Shown in pieces: positions 1 through 9,131 of a stretch of DNA of 62,227 nt. The position numbers and the translations under genes are program-made. Source of the DNA: Syntrophorhabdales bacterium (GTDB taxonomy: Bacteria > Desulfobacterota > Syntrophorhabdia > Syntrophorhabdales > WCHB1-27); assembly GCA_049521495.1 (NCBI GenBank), contig JBEKOT010000007.1, positions 1-62,227 of the forward strand. Reading direction: 5' to 3'. The notes beneath the pieces are model-generated. The model was given only the letters and a program-made list of their open reading frames with translations, made no database searches and was not told where the DNA came from. Each line of letters begins with the position of its first letter. Position 1 is the first letter of the stretch.

Positions 1-61
1 ACCCTTTATAGGCATCAAGCTGATCGACCTCATCATGGTGGGCTTCCACCTGGTGAGCTGA
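1..61 (+). CDS. kdpB: K+-transporting ATPase subunit B, 3' end only (partial)
   Basis: Frame from nt 2 reads PFIGIKLIDLIMVGFHLVS*, the conserved KdpB C-terminus; directly followed by kdpC. Confidence 0.85.
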   Translation, partial: PFIGIKLIDLIMVGFHLVS

Positions 62-81
62 TGAACCAAGGAGGCATACAC

Positions 82-937
82 ATGGGACGATACCTTGCGA
101 AAAGTATCTGGCTGCTGTTCTTCGCCGTGATTATCTGCTGCTGCCTGTATCCGCTGGCCTTATGGGTGGTCGGCCAAGCCTTCTTTCCCTCACAGGCCAA
201 CGGCAGCCTGGTGAGGGCGCCGGGCGGCGCCGTGGTGGGGTCGCGCCTGATCGCCCAGCCCTTTACCAAGGACGAGTACTTTCAGCCCCGCCCTTCGGCG
301 CCGTCTTACGATGCGTCCGCTTCCGCCTCGTCGACGCTCGCGCCATCAAACTACGCGCTGCGCGACCGGGTCGGCCGCGCGCTCGGTCCGATTGTCGCCT
401 ATCGAAGCGGTCCCAGGGCCGGTCAACCGGTGGCCCCGGATATCGAAAGCTGGTTTCAGAAGGATATGTTCCAGGGCAGCCCCCACATCGTGGCCCAGTG
501 GGCGGACCTGCACAACTCCCTTGCCCAGGGCTGGGTGAAGGCGGACCCCACACACGGCGCGTATGTGGACAATTGGGCCAAGACGCACCCCGCCCTGGTA
601 GCCGCGTGGATCAAGCAGAATCCCGCCACCCCGCAGCCCAAGGCGCCCGATCTGGCCGTCGCTTTCTTTGAGAACTTCTCAACGGAGAACCCGGGGAAGT
701 TCCCCTCCGCCGTTACCCGAAAAGGGGCTGACGGCAAGGACCAGACGACAATCGAACCGGTAAAAGAGGGCTCGGACATTCAGTCGGTCTTTTTCGACAT
801 GTGGCGAAAAAGAGATCGAGCAGATAGTGCAGGAGAACGCCTCCGCGCCGTGGTTTGGGCTCGCGGGTGAGAAGATGGTGAACGTGCTCGAAGTCAATCT
901 CGAACTTCGCAAGAAGTACGGAGCGCCTAGCCGCTAA
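82..937 (+). pseudogene. kdpC: K+-transporting ATPase subunit C with internal deletion and frameshift
   Basis: GGAGG then ATG at 82; KdpC motifs YPL..W.VGQ, GS.LIAQPFTKDEYFQPRPSA, ASASSTLAPSN. The SGLDP segment is missing; the KdpC C-terminus (KEIEQIVQENASAPWFGLAGEKMVNVLEVNLEL) continues in the +1 frame from about 809 to TAA 937. Confidence 0.8.
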
Positions 938-1004
938 GCATGGATAAATTTGCATTTCTCTTTCGCTTCCGCTTGTTTCTACTATTGAAAGAGGAGGTAT
1001 TACT

Positions 1005-2300
1005 ATGAGAAGTCCGGTAGTTCTTCTGGTCGGCTTTATTATCCTTTCCTTTTGCTCATTCAGCAGCTACGCTCAGGAGAAGCAGGATGAAAAGACGGTA
1101 CCGCAACCACAGGTAAGCCCGGCCCCTGCGGCCCCTCCTGCAACGGCAGCCCCTGCAACTGCCGCCGCTCCTGCGGCGACCCCGCCGAAGGTCGGCAGCA
1201 TGACCGTTGACGAGGTGAGGAAAGCATTAGGCTTGAGTCTCTATTTTCAGGGCGGTTACGTCTACAATACCAAGAACCCCGGCTCCCAGGAGAACGACCT
1301 CCGCCTCTTCGACCACAAGGCCAACAGCTTCATGCTGGACCTTGCCCAGATCAGGTTCCAGAAGGACGCCGATGTGGGAGGTCTCGGTTACAACTTCAGA
1401 TTTTCATTTGGTGAGACGGCGAAGTTCATCCATTCGAGGGGCCTCGGTCAGCAACTAAATAACCTCGACTCGGGGAGCACCACGGCCAGGGACGCGACTC
1501 CCTTCGACATGACACAGGCGTTCGTCACGTATAATGCCCCGGTGGGCAAGGGCCTCCAGTTCTCCTTCGGTAAGTTCGCCACCATGCATGGGGCGGAGGT
1601 CATCGAAGCGATCGATAACTTCAACTATTCCCGATCCTTCCTCTTCAACTATGCAATACCTTTCACCCATACGGGCTTGAAGACATATTATGCCTTCTCC
1701 GACAAGTTCAATGCCGCATTTTATCTGGTCAACGGCTGGGATAATACGAATGACAACAACACGGGCAAGACCGTGGGGCTCAGTTTTGGCGTTACGCCCG
1801 CCCAGCCCGTCAACCTGGTCTTCAACTTCATGTACGGGCCGGAACAGGACAATAACAACAGCAATGAACGCTTTCTCTTCGACTGGATAGCCACATTCAA
1901 TGCGACCAAGAACCTGACGTTCGTCCTGAACACGGACTATGCGACCGAGCAGAGGGTAGCTACGGCCATGGGTCCGCGCGATGCGAAATGGTATGGCATA
2001 GCCGGATACGCCAAGTACGTGTTCACCGATTGGTTCAGCGTAGCGCTGCGAGGCGAGTGGTTCAAGGACCCCCAGGGGGTGCGCACCACTACAACACAAC
2101 CGGCGGACCCGCTTGTGCAAACACCAACGGGAATCGGACAGACACTCAAGGAAGGGACCCTGACCACCGAGTTCAAGCTGGCGAAGAACCTCATCCTGAG
2201 ACCTGAGTACCGGCACGACTGGTCCGACAAGAAGTCCTTTGATTCATTTGCCTACAAACAGCAGGACACCCTTTTGATAGGTGCGATGTACCTGTTCTAA
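1005..2300 (+). CDS. Outer-membrane beta-barrel porin (BBP2/OmpL-like, kdp-associated)
   Basis: GAGGAGG RBS, signal peptide, Pro/Ala linker, GKF.T..GAEVIEA.DNFNYSRSFLF, NGWD, EYRHDW and C-terminal Y-x-F. Confidence 0.8.
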   Translation: MRSPVVLLVGFIILSFCSFSSYAQEKQDEKTVPQPQVSPAPAAPPATAAPATAAAPAATPPKVGSMTVDEVRKALGLSLYFQGGYVYNTKNPGSQENDLRLFDHKANSFMLDLAQIRFQKDADVGGLGYNFRFSFGETAKFIHSRGLGQQLNNLDSGSTTARDATPFDMTQAFVTYNAPVGKGLQFSFGKFATMHGAEVIEAIDNFNYSRSFLFNYAIPFTHTGLKTYYAFSDKFNAAFYLVNGWDNTNDNNTGKTVGLSFGVTPAQPVNLVFNFMYGPEQDNNNSNERFLFDWIATFNATKNLTFVLNTDYATEQRVATAMGPRDAKWYGIAGYAKYVFTDWFSVALRGEWFKDPQGVRTTTTQPADPLVQTPTGIGQTLKEGTLTTEFKLAKNLILRPEYRHDWSDKKSFDSFAYKQQDTLLIGAMYLF

Positions 2301-2424
2301 CAGAGAGGATATCGGTAGCACGCTTTCTTCCGAGGACCGGACAAGACGAGTGGTGGTTGCGCACGGCCGGAGATGATCCCGGAACGAGCTGCCGGAAGGG
2401 TGCGGCCGGAATGGCAGAGAGGTT

Positions 2425-2655
2425 TTATGGTGTCAAGGTTTTTTTGCCTTCCCTCTCTTCTATTTTTTTTAGGATCGGTTCGAGCATTTTCGAGGCATCC
2501 TCAAAGGCAGAGGCTCTGCCTGCCCACCAGTCGGGAGCCGACTTCTGAGCCGGACCATCAGGTCCCTGGGTTTGGTCCCTTCGAAGTTTTTTTTCTATCT
2601 CTCTTTCGCTTGCTGCCGTGTCTTTCAACCATTGAGCGAATTCATTCCAATCCAT
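2425..2655 (-). CDS. Small hypothetical protein (76 aa)
   Basis: GAGGTG SD a few nt before the ATG, TATAAT upstream, charged helical sequence. Confidence 0.55.
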   Translation of the reverse strand: MDWNEFAQWLKDTAASEREIEKKLRRDQTQGPDGPAQKSAPDWWAGRASAFEDASKMLEPILKKIEEREGKKTLTP

Positions 2656-2781
2656 ATGGGCACCTCTTTGAGTAATTTCACTCCCTGTATTATAATGCCC
2701 AAATTACGTATCGACCAGAGACGGCAAAAAAGCTAAGGATGATGGCCTTTCCCTTATCGATGTGGACGGCGATAGCACGTT

Positions 2782-2950
2782 AGCACAGAGAGACCTAACG
2801 TTTACTATGAATTGGGGTACGCGCATGGCCGGAAGAAAGAGGTCATTCTGATAGCACGACAAGGAAGCACGGTTCATTTCTATATCAAGGACTACAACAT
2901 TATCTTTTATCGAAACTTCACTGAGCTGGAGGATCGGATAGCCAAGCGTA
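2782..2950 (+). pseudogene. Remnant of a nucleoside 2-deoxyribosyltransferase/TIR-like domain gene (C-terminal half)
   Basis: STERPNVYYELGYAHGRKKEVILIARQGSTVHFYIKDYNIIFY matches the D..t..pNV.yElG.A..lgK.vIl...lpFDi pattern; in-frame TAG at 2773 and no N-terminal half. Confidence 0.6.
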
Positions 2951-3248
2951 TTGCCGCTCGCCATCCTATGGATATCGACCGCATGGGTGGCGGGCGGACT
3001 TTTTCTCGCATCCTCGCTGGGCGAGCGGGAGCCGAAGGGCCAGGCGACGTGGATCAACATCCTCTTCGCCGCCCTTGCGCTCGTCATCTTCGGAAGTTTT
3101 TTCGGCGAGATGTTCGGCATACGCCAGCCGATGGGCAGGGCGTGGTTCTGGTTCGGGAACCAGGGGTGGGAATACCTCGATCTCGGAAGAGGATGGCAAG
3201 TGCTTCTCGTCATCGGCCTTGTCATGTGGATGGTCCTTATTTTTCGTG
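2951..3248 (+). pseudogene. Internal fragment of quinol-dependent nitric oxide reductase (qNor)
   Basis: LAILWISTAW..GLFLA...EPKGQ...WFWFGNQGWEYLDLGRGWQVLL is a characteristic qNor transmembrane stretch; about 100 codons of a protein normally over 700 aa. Confidence 0.8.
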
Positions 3249-3400
3249 ACAGCCTTCGCGAGCTCCGCCTTCGTCAGCGGCTTCATAACGAATCCTTTTA
3301 TTCCGGCAGCCCTCGCAAAACGCGTTCACAAGATGACTGTAACCTGTAGACAATAAAACGGGAACTTCGGGCCGGACGGCAAGTGCTCTAAGCAGGTCCG
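3248..3400 (-). pseudogene. Frameshifted C-terminal remnant of a receiver (REC) domain, hybrid kinase type
   Basis: LAVRPEVPVLLSTGYSHLVNA / FARAAGIKGFVMKPLTKAELAKAV split over two frames; typical RP..PV.L.TGYS...AGI..F.MKP REC ending. Confidence 0.65.
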
Positions 3401-3475
3401 TTTGCAGCTTCCACGGCAACCGAAAAAGTCCGGCAAAAGGGTCGATACCGGTTTTTCGGACGATTTCAATTTTTC

Positions 3476-3504
3476 TTGACAATCGGCGGCAGGCGGCGGA
3501 TACT
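3476..3504 (+). promoter_or_regulatory. Putative sigma70 promoter for the TRAP permease
   Basis: TTGACA-17 nt-GATACT. Confidence 0.45.
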
Positions 3505-3669
3505 CTGCCCGAAAGCGGACAGGAAGGGAGGGATTATCTTGGCAAGGGGCGTCGAGCAGTCAGGCACTGCGGCTCCTGCCGGCTCGACTGTCCGGCCGGG
3601 GCCGTTACAATTGTGTTCGGGCCGGAGATGCTTCTCCTGTAAAGCTTCACGATAGGGGTACCGGGTACC

Positions 3670-5592
3670 ATGATCGAAGCGGCGGCTGATCAAGTTGCAC
3701 CGAAAAAGCAGGCCATCCGGTCGCCCCGGCGCGCCCTGATCTTTGCCATCTCCATCGGGATGGCATTGTTCCACCTCTACACGGCCGGCGTCAGGCCGCT
3801 GCCCGGCGTGCAACAGCGCTCGGTGCACCTCTCCTTTGCGCTCGCGCTTATCTTTCTTATGTTTCCCTTCAGGGCCAAAAGCGATGAGGCGCAGGAGACA
3901 AAGATCTCCGATGAAGAGCGACCCCTCGAGGTACCTGACATCCTTCTGCTCGCCGCCTGCGCCTTCATCGGCATCTATGTCCTGATCGAATACGAGGCCC
4001 TCAGTTTTCGGACAGGCATGCCCAATCTCCTCGATTCGGGTTGCAGCCTTCTGGCGATCCTGCTCGTACTCGAGGCAACGCGCCGGGTTATAGGATGGTC
4101 TATCATCATCATCTGCCTCATGGGTTTTGCATACCTGGCTTTCGGCGCCCATCTCCCGTCGTACCTGGCCCATACAGGCTTTACCTTTGAGGAGGTGATC
4201 AACTTTATATTCTTCAGTACCGAGGGCATCCTCGGGGCGCCTCTCGGCGTCTCGTCGACGGTGATCATCGTCTTCATCATTTTCGGGGCCTTTCTCCTGG
4301 TCTCCGGCGCCGGCTCCCTCTTCATCGACCTCGGGCTTTCTCTCTTCGGGAAATACCGGGGTGGCCCTGCAAAGGCGGCTGTCCTCGGCAGCTGCATGTT
4401 CGGCATGATCACGGGAAGCCAGGTTGCAAACGTGACGGCAGTCGGGGTCATTACCATCCCTCTTATGAAGAGAGCAGGATACCGACCGGTGGTGGCGGCA
4501 TCTATTGAGGCCTTGGCCTCTACGGGCGGCATGCTCGTGCCTCCGGTCATGGGAGCGGTTGCCTTCATCATTCCGGAGATGATCGGCGGCACGTACTGGG
4601 ATGTCTGCAAGGCTGCTTTGATACCGGGTCTTCTCTTTTACGTGTCCGTTTACATGGTCGTAGAGCTCCAGGCTGCCAAATACGGCCTGAAAGGCTTTGC
4701 GAAAGCCGACCTGCCCGAACTAGCCAAGGTAATCGCCGGGCGCGGTTACATGATACTCCCGATTCTGGTGCTCATATACTGCATAGTAGGGGCGGGCTTC
4801 TCGACGCCGAAGGCAGGCTTCTTTGCCATCATCGCGTGCGTCATCGCAAGCTTCTTCAGGAAAGAGACCAGGATGACGCCGGTAAAGATAGTCGACGCCC
4901 TGCAAAAGGGGGCGAAGGGCAGCCTTATCGTGGCCATTTGCTGTGCCTCCGCCGGCATCATTACAGGCACGATCGACATGTCGGGCATGGGCATGCGCTT
5001 TTCGGACGTGCTCGTAACGGTAGCGGGCGGGAATATGACGATCCTTCTGGTCCTTACTATGATTGCCTCCCTCATCCTGGGCCTTCCCCTGCCTCCAGTG
5101 ACGTGCTACCTGATCCTCGCGGTCCTCGCGGCCCCGGCCCTGATAAAAGCGGGCGTCTATCCCATGGCCGCCCACCTTTTCGTCTTCTTCTTCGGCGCTT
5201 TAGGCAATATCAGCCCGCCCGTGGCGCCCACCTCTTTTGCCGCTGCAGGGCTGGCCGGGACGGACCCCATCAAAACGACCAACCTGACCTTCCTTTATTC
5301 GCTCCCCTCTTTTCTCGTCCCCTATCTTTACGTCTACACGAACGAGCTGCTCCTCAGAGGAGAGCCTTTGTCGATATTGGTTACGATCCTTTCAGCCTTC
5401 GTCGGGCTGAGCTGCATGGCGGTCACCTTCCATGGCTACCTGTTCCGCAGCCTCAACTGGACGGAGCGCCTGCTCTACCTCATCGGCGGTCTGGCCCTTG
5501 TCTATCCCCATTGGGCGGGAGACGTCGTGGGCTGCTGCCTCATAGGCCTTCCCACCTTCAGGCAGATTGTGGAACGGAAGAGGCTCTCCTAG
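3670..5592 (+). CDS. TRAP transporter fused permease (4TM/12TM, TAXI-type)
   Basis: 640 aa polytopic membrane protein; LEATRR..G, G..GGPAKAAV, GMITGS..ANV, STGG.L.PPVMGA.AF, ISPPVA motifs. Confidence 0.9.
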   Translation: MIEAAADQVAPKKQAIRSPRRALIFAISIGMALFHLYTAGVRPLPGVQQRSVHLSFALALIFLMFPFRAKSDEAQETKISDEERPLEVPDILLLAACAFIGIYVLIEYEALSFRTGMPNLLDSGCSLLAILLVLEATRRVIGWSIIIICLMGFAYLAFGAHLPSYLAHTGFTFEEVINFIFFSTEGILGAPLGVSSTVIIVFIIFGAFLLVSGAGSLFIDLGLSLFGKYRGGPAKAAVLGSCMFGMITGSQVANVTAVGVITIPLMKRAGYRPVVAASIEALASTGGMLVPPVMGAVAFIIPEMIGGTYWDVCKAALIPGLLFYVSVYMVVELQAAKYGLKGFAKADLPELAKVIAGRGYMILPILVLIYCIVGAGFSTPKAGFFAIIACVIASFFRKETRMTPVKIVDALQKGAKGSLIVAICCASAGIITGTIDMSGMGMRFSDVLVTVAGGNMTILLVLTMIASLILGLPLPPVTCYLILAVLAAPALIKAGVYPMAAHLFVFFFGALGNISPPVAPTSFAAAGLAGTDPIKTTNLTFLYSLPSFLVPYLYVYTNELLLRGEPLSILVTILSAFVGLSCMAVTFHGYLFRSLNWTERLLYLIGGLALVYPHWAGDVVGCCLIGLPTFRQIVERKRLS

Positions 5593-5692
5593 GGGGTTCC
5601 CGCTCGGGCGGAGGGACACGGACGCAGGGGTCGTCTTAGAGGGTCGCACAAAAGCGGGTCCGAATCAGGCGGCAATCGCCGCTTTTCAAAAG

Positions 5693-5728
5693 AAAGGCCC
5701 CCTCCCTGGCAGCGGGGAGGGGGCCTTT
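5693..5728. terminator. Intrinsic terminator between convergent TRAP permease and hppA
   Basis: Perfect 14-bp stem AAAGGCCCCCTCCC/GGGAGGGGGCCTTT with 8-nt loop; TTTCTTTT tail on the minus strand. Confidence 0.8.
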
Positions 5729-5745
5729 CCAAGCTTTCTTGACTT

Positions 5746-8232
5746 TCAGGGCGCTGTTTCGAGCCTCTTCTCAACGTCTTCCGCACCGATCGACTCCCGG
5801 CCGATCCTCATGCCGTAGAAGGAGCGGTAGATGAAGACGAGGGCGACGGCAAAAAAGACGACGGCAATGCCCGTCTTAAGTGTCTGCGACTGCATGGTGA
5901 CCGCGATCTCCGTGGCCAGCAGACCGAAAAGGGTGGTGAACTTGATAACGGGGTTCATGGAGACCGAAGAGGTGTCCTTGAACGGGTCGCCCACCGTGTC
6001 GCCCACGATGGTTGCCTCGTGGAGGGGCGTATTCTTCTCCTTCAAGTCCACTTCGACGATCTTCTTGGCATTGTCCCACGCGGCTCCCGCGTTAGCCATG
6101 AAGATTGCCTGAAAGAGACCGAAGAAGGCGATGCCGATCAGGTAGCCGATGAAGAAGTAAGGGTTGAAGAAGGAGAGGGCAAGGGCCATAAAGAATATGA
6201 CGATGAAGATGTTGATCATGCCCTTTTGAGCGTACTGGGTGCAGATCTTTACAACTTCCTTGCTGTCCTTGATTGAGGCCGTCTTGCTGTCAAGCTTGAT
6301 GTTCTCCTTTATGTAAACGACGGCCCTGTAGGCGCCCGTTACCACGGCCTGTGTAGCTGCGCCCGTGAACCAGTAGATCACCGCGCCGCCCATCAGGAGG
6401 CCGAGGATGATCTCCGGCTGCACGAGGGAGAGCTTGGCGACGGCGCCGCCGAAAATCCGCTCCAGGAGGATGATGATGCCGAAAACCATCGTGGTGGCGC
6501 CGACGACGGCCGTACCGATCAGCACCGGTTTCGCTGTTGCCTTGAAGGTGTTGCCCGCGCCGTCGGCCTCTTCCAGATAGTCTTTACCGTTCTCGAAGTC
6601 CGGCTCGAACCCGAAGTCCTTCTTTATCTCCGCCTTAACGTTGGGTACGCTCTCGATCTGTGAGAGCTCATAGACTGACTGGGCGTTGTCGGAGACAGGG
6701 CCGAAGCTGTCGACCGCTATCGTCACGGGACCCATACCCAGAAAACCGAAGGCTACGAGGCCGAAGGCGAAGACGGGAGCAGCGAAGACAAAGTCCTTCG
6801 GCATGAGGGCCTGGATCGACCCGTTCATGGAGACGAGGTAGGCGATAAGCATGAGCACGAGGATGGTCAGGCCTTCCCAGAAGGCAGAGTAGTTGCCCGC
6901 GACGAAGCCGGACAGGATGTCGAGCGATGCCCCTCCCTGCCGCGCGCTGGCCATGACTTCCTGGACGTGGCGCGACTTAGTGCTCGTGAAGACCTTGGTT
7001 AACTCGGGGATCAAAGCGCCCGCCACTGTGCCGCAGCTTATGATGATGGAGAGGGCCCACCAGAGGGATGCGTATTTCGGGTCGGGGAGGCTGCCGAGCA
7101 GGAGGTAGGTCGCGCAGAATGTGACTATGATCGAAATGGCCGAGGTGATCCACACAAGATTGGTAAGGGGCTGCTCGAAGTTGAACTTCTTTTTGTCGCC
7201 GTATGCGGCGGACGTGATGCCCGCATTGATGAAATAGGAGACGAGGGAGGTGAGGATCATGAGGATCCGCATGGAGAAAATCCATATGATCAGCGTCCCG
7301 GCCATGACCGGATTGAGCGCCAGGGCGAGGGCGAGGAAGGCGATCAGGGCAACGCCGGTAACGCCGTAGGTCTCGAAACCGTCCGCGGTCGGTCCCACGC
7401 TGTCGCCCGCGTTGTCGCCCGTGCAGTCGGCGATAACGCCGGGGTTCTTCGGGTCGTCCTCGGGCAGATGAAAGACTATCTTCATCAGGTCCGAGCCGAT
7501 ATCGGCGATCTTCGTGAAAATGCCGCCGCAGATGCGGAGAGCGCTCGCGCCCAGCGACTCGCCGATGGCAAACCCGATGAACGAAGCACCGACCATTTCC
7601 TTCGGGAGGAAGACCAGGATGCAGATCATGAAAAAGAGCTCGACGCTTACGAGGAGGAGGCCGACGCTCATGCCCGAGCGCAAGGGGATGGCGACCACGT
7701 TGACAGGCTTGCCGTAAAGCGATGCGAAGGCGGCGCGGGAATTCGCCCGGGTGTTGATCCTCATTCCGAACCAGGCGACGCCGTACGAGCCGAGGATGCC
7801 GAGGACCGAGCAGAAGAGGATCACTACTATGTTGAAAAGGGGCGCGTGCTGCAACCCGCCGAAGTAGTAGGTCATACAGATGGCGATGAGGACCCAGAGG
7901 ACCACGAGGAATTTACCCTGTTGGGCCAGGTAGGACTTGCAGGTCTCCCATATGATGTCCGACACGTTGAGCATGGAACTGTGAGCGGGCAGGTTCTTCG
8001 TCTGATTCGACTGGACAAGGCCGAACACGAGGCCGAGGACGCAAATCAGCAGGCCGAAGTACATGATGTGGATGCCGTTCAGCATGCCGCCGAAGATATT
8101 GAAGCTTATGTTGCTGAGATCAGGCAGCACGATGTCTGCCTCGCCCGCGAGGGCTGGCCCCACGCCTAGAAAAAGCGCAAGACTGAAGGTAAGCAGTGCG
8201 GGCAGTACCCTATAAGCCTTTGTAAACCCCAT
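5746..8232 (-). CDS. hppA: Membrane-bound H+-translocating pyrophosphatase, K+-independent, divergent subfamily
   Basis: GGIFTKIADIGSDLMK, EDDPKNPGVIADCTGDNAGD, DSFGPVSDNA, GNTFKA, GAAWDNAKK, GDTVGDPFKDTS. Confidence 0.95.
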   Translation of the reverse strand: MGFTKAYRVLPALLTFSLALFLGVGPALAGEADIVLPDLSNISFNIFGGMLNGIHIMYFGLLICVLGLVFGLVQSNQTKNLPAHSSMLNVSDIIWETCKSYLAQQGKFLVVLWVLIAICMTYYFGGLQHAPLFNIVVILFCSVLGILGSYGVAWFGMRINTRANSRAAFASLYGKPVNVVAIPLRSGMSVGLLLVSVELFFMICILVFLPKEMVGASFIGFAIGESLGASALRICGGIFTKIADIGSDLMKIVFHLPEDDPKNPGVIADCTGDNAGDSVGPTADGFETYGVTGVALIAFLALALALNPVMAGTLIIWIFSMRILMILTSLVSYFINAGITSAAYGDKKKFNFEQPLTNLVWITSAISIIVTFCATYLLLGSLPDPKYASLWWALSIIISCGTVAGALIPELTKVFTSTKSRHVQEVMASARQGGASLDILSGFVAGNYSAFWEGLTILVLMLIAYLVSMNGSIQALMPKDFVFAAPVFAFGLVAFGFLGMGPVTIAVDSFGPVSDNAQSVYELSQIESVPNVKAEIKKDFGFEPDFENGKDYLEEADGAGNTFKATAKPVLIGTAVVGATTMVFGIIILLERIFGGAVAKLSLVQPEIILGLLMGGAVIYWFTGAATQAVVTGAYRAVVYIKENIKLDSKTASIKDSKEVVKICTQYAQKGMINIFIVIFFMALALSFFNPYFFIGYLIGIAFFGLFQAIFMANAGAAWDNAKKIVEVDLKEKNTPLHEATIVGDTVGDPFKDTSSVSMNPVIKFTTLFGLLATEIAVTMQSQTLKTGIAVVFFAVALVFIYRSFYGMRIGRESIGAEDVEKRLETAP

Positions 8233-8432
8233 TTAGACCTCCTTGCAGTTTTTTGGTACGAGAGAACCCTCCGGGCAGCGCGCCAAAAACTTGGAGAAAT
8301 TCCTAACTATCTAACTACTGAGGAACGGCATATGTCAACTGTTTTCTTGCGCTATCGGGAGCCGGCGGGATCAGCGGCGCCGGTTCATCCTGCGCCGTTC
8401 GGGCCGGACGAGGAACATCAGTAGCGGAGTCC

Positions 8433-9131
8433 TCAGAAGGTGAACTCCGCAGAGGTTTTAAGGGTGGAAAGGACATCGCTGTAAATGACCTCCCCGTTGC
8501 GGTTTTGACGGAAGTGGGAGCCGAACCGCTCCATCGCCTCTTCGGGCATGGTCGGGGAAAGCCCCCCGAGGACATCTATTGGAATGAACACGGAAGTCGT
8601 GCGGGTCGTTACTTTGTCTTTTCCGGACTGTCTCCAGACCCACCTCCGGGTTAGGACGGACCGGTCATCCTTGTAAACAACCTCCCCCTCTTCGGCCGTC
8701 TCCTCCTCTCCGCCCTCCATGGGTGTGAAGGTCTCCGTGCCCTTCGCGAAACCGAGATACAAGTCGCCCTCCAAAGGGGCAAGGTCATGGCCGCCTATGG
8801 GCACCATGAACTCCAGGGAGAGCGTGTTGTAAAGGTCGACGAGAGGGTTGACCCTGGGGAAAAAGCCGCCTTTCAAAGCCCTCCTCACTAATGACTCGAT
8901 GGAGCTCTGATACTTTGACGGAGACATCCGGAGCTTCCCGAAAGCTTCCCGCCATGCCTTGATATGGGGATGGTCCTGGGGCTTCTCGTAGCGGAAACCG
9001 GTCCGTATGCGCTCGAGGGTCGAGTCCAGGGAGTCCTCGCCGTACCGGCTATTGTCTATGCGGCACACCAGGAATCCGATCTTGAGATCGGAGAAAAGCT
9101 CGAAGAGCCTCTCATCTATCGAGAACTTCAT
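8433..9131 (-). CDS. Stand-alone B3/B4 domain protein (PheRS editing-domain-like)
   Basis: AWREAF..L.MSP.KY.SSIESL.RR, P.VNPLVDLYN.LS, PIGGHDL, GEVVYKD, RRW.WRQS; ATGA overlap with the atpC stop. Confidence 0.85.
   Translation of the reverse strand: MKFSIDERLFELFSDLKIGFLVCRIDNSRYGEDSLDSTLERIRTGFRYEKPQDHPHIKAWREAFGKLRMSPSKYQSSIESLVRRALKGGFFPRVNPLVDLYNTLSLEFMVPIGGHDLAPLEGDLYLGFAKGTETFTPMEGGEEETAEEGEVVYKDDRSVLTRRWVWRQSGKDKVTTRTTSVFIPIDVLGGLSPTMPEEAMERFGSHFRQNRNGEVIYSDVLSTLKTSAEFTF

Noticed and set aside
3248-3286. MKPLTKAELAKAV as the start of an HU-like gene
   Set aside because: Upstream codons read AAGIKGFV-MKP, and RPEVPVLLSTGYS lies in the adjacent frame, so this is a REC-domain C-terminus
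3539-3655. 38-codon TTG ORF with a GGAGGG SD before the TRAP gene (possible leader peptide)
   Set aside because: No recognisable motif, codon enrichment or attenuator structure
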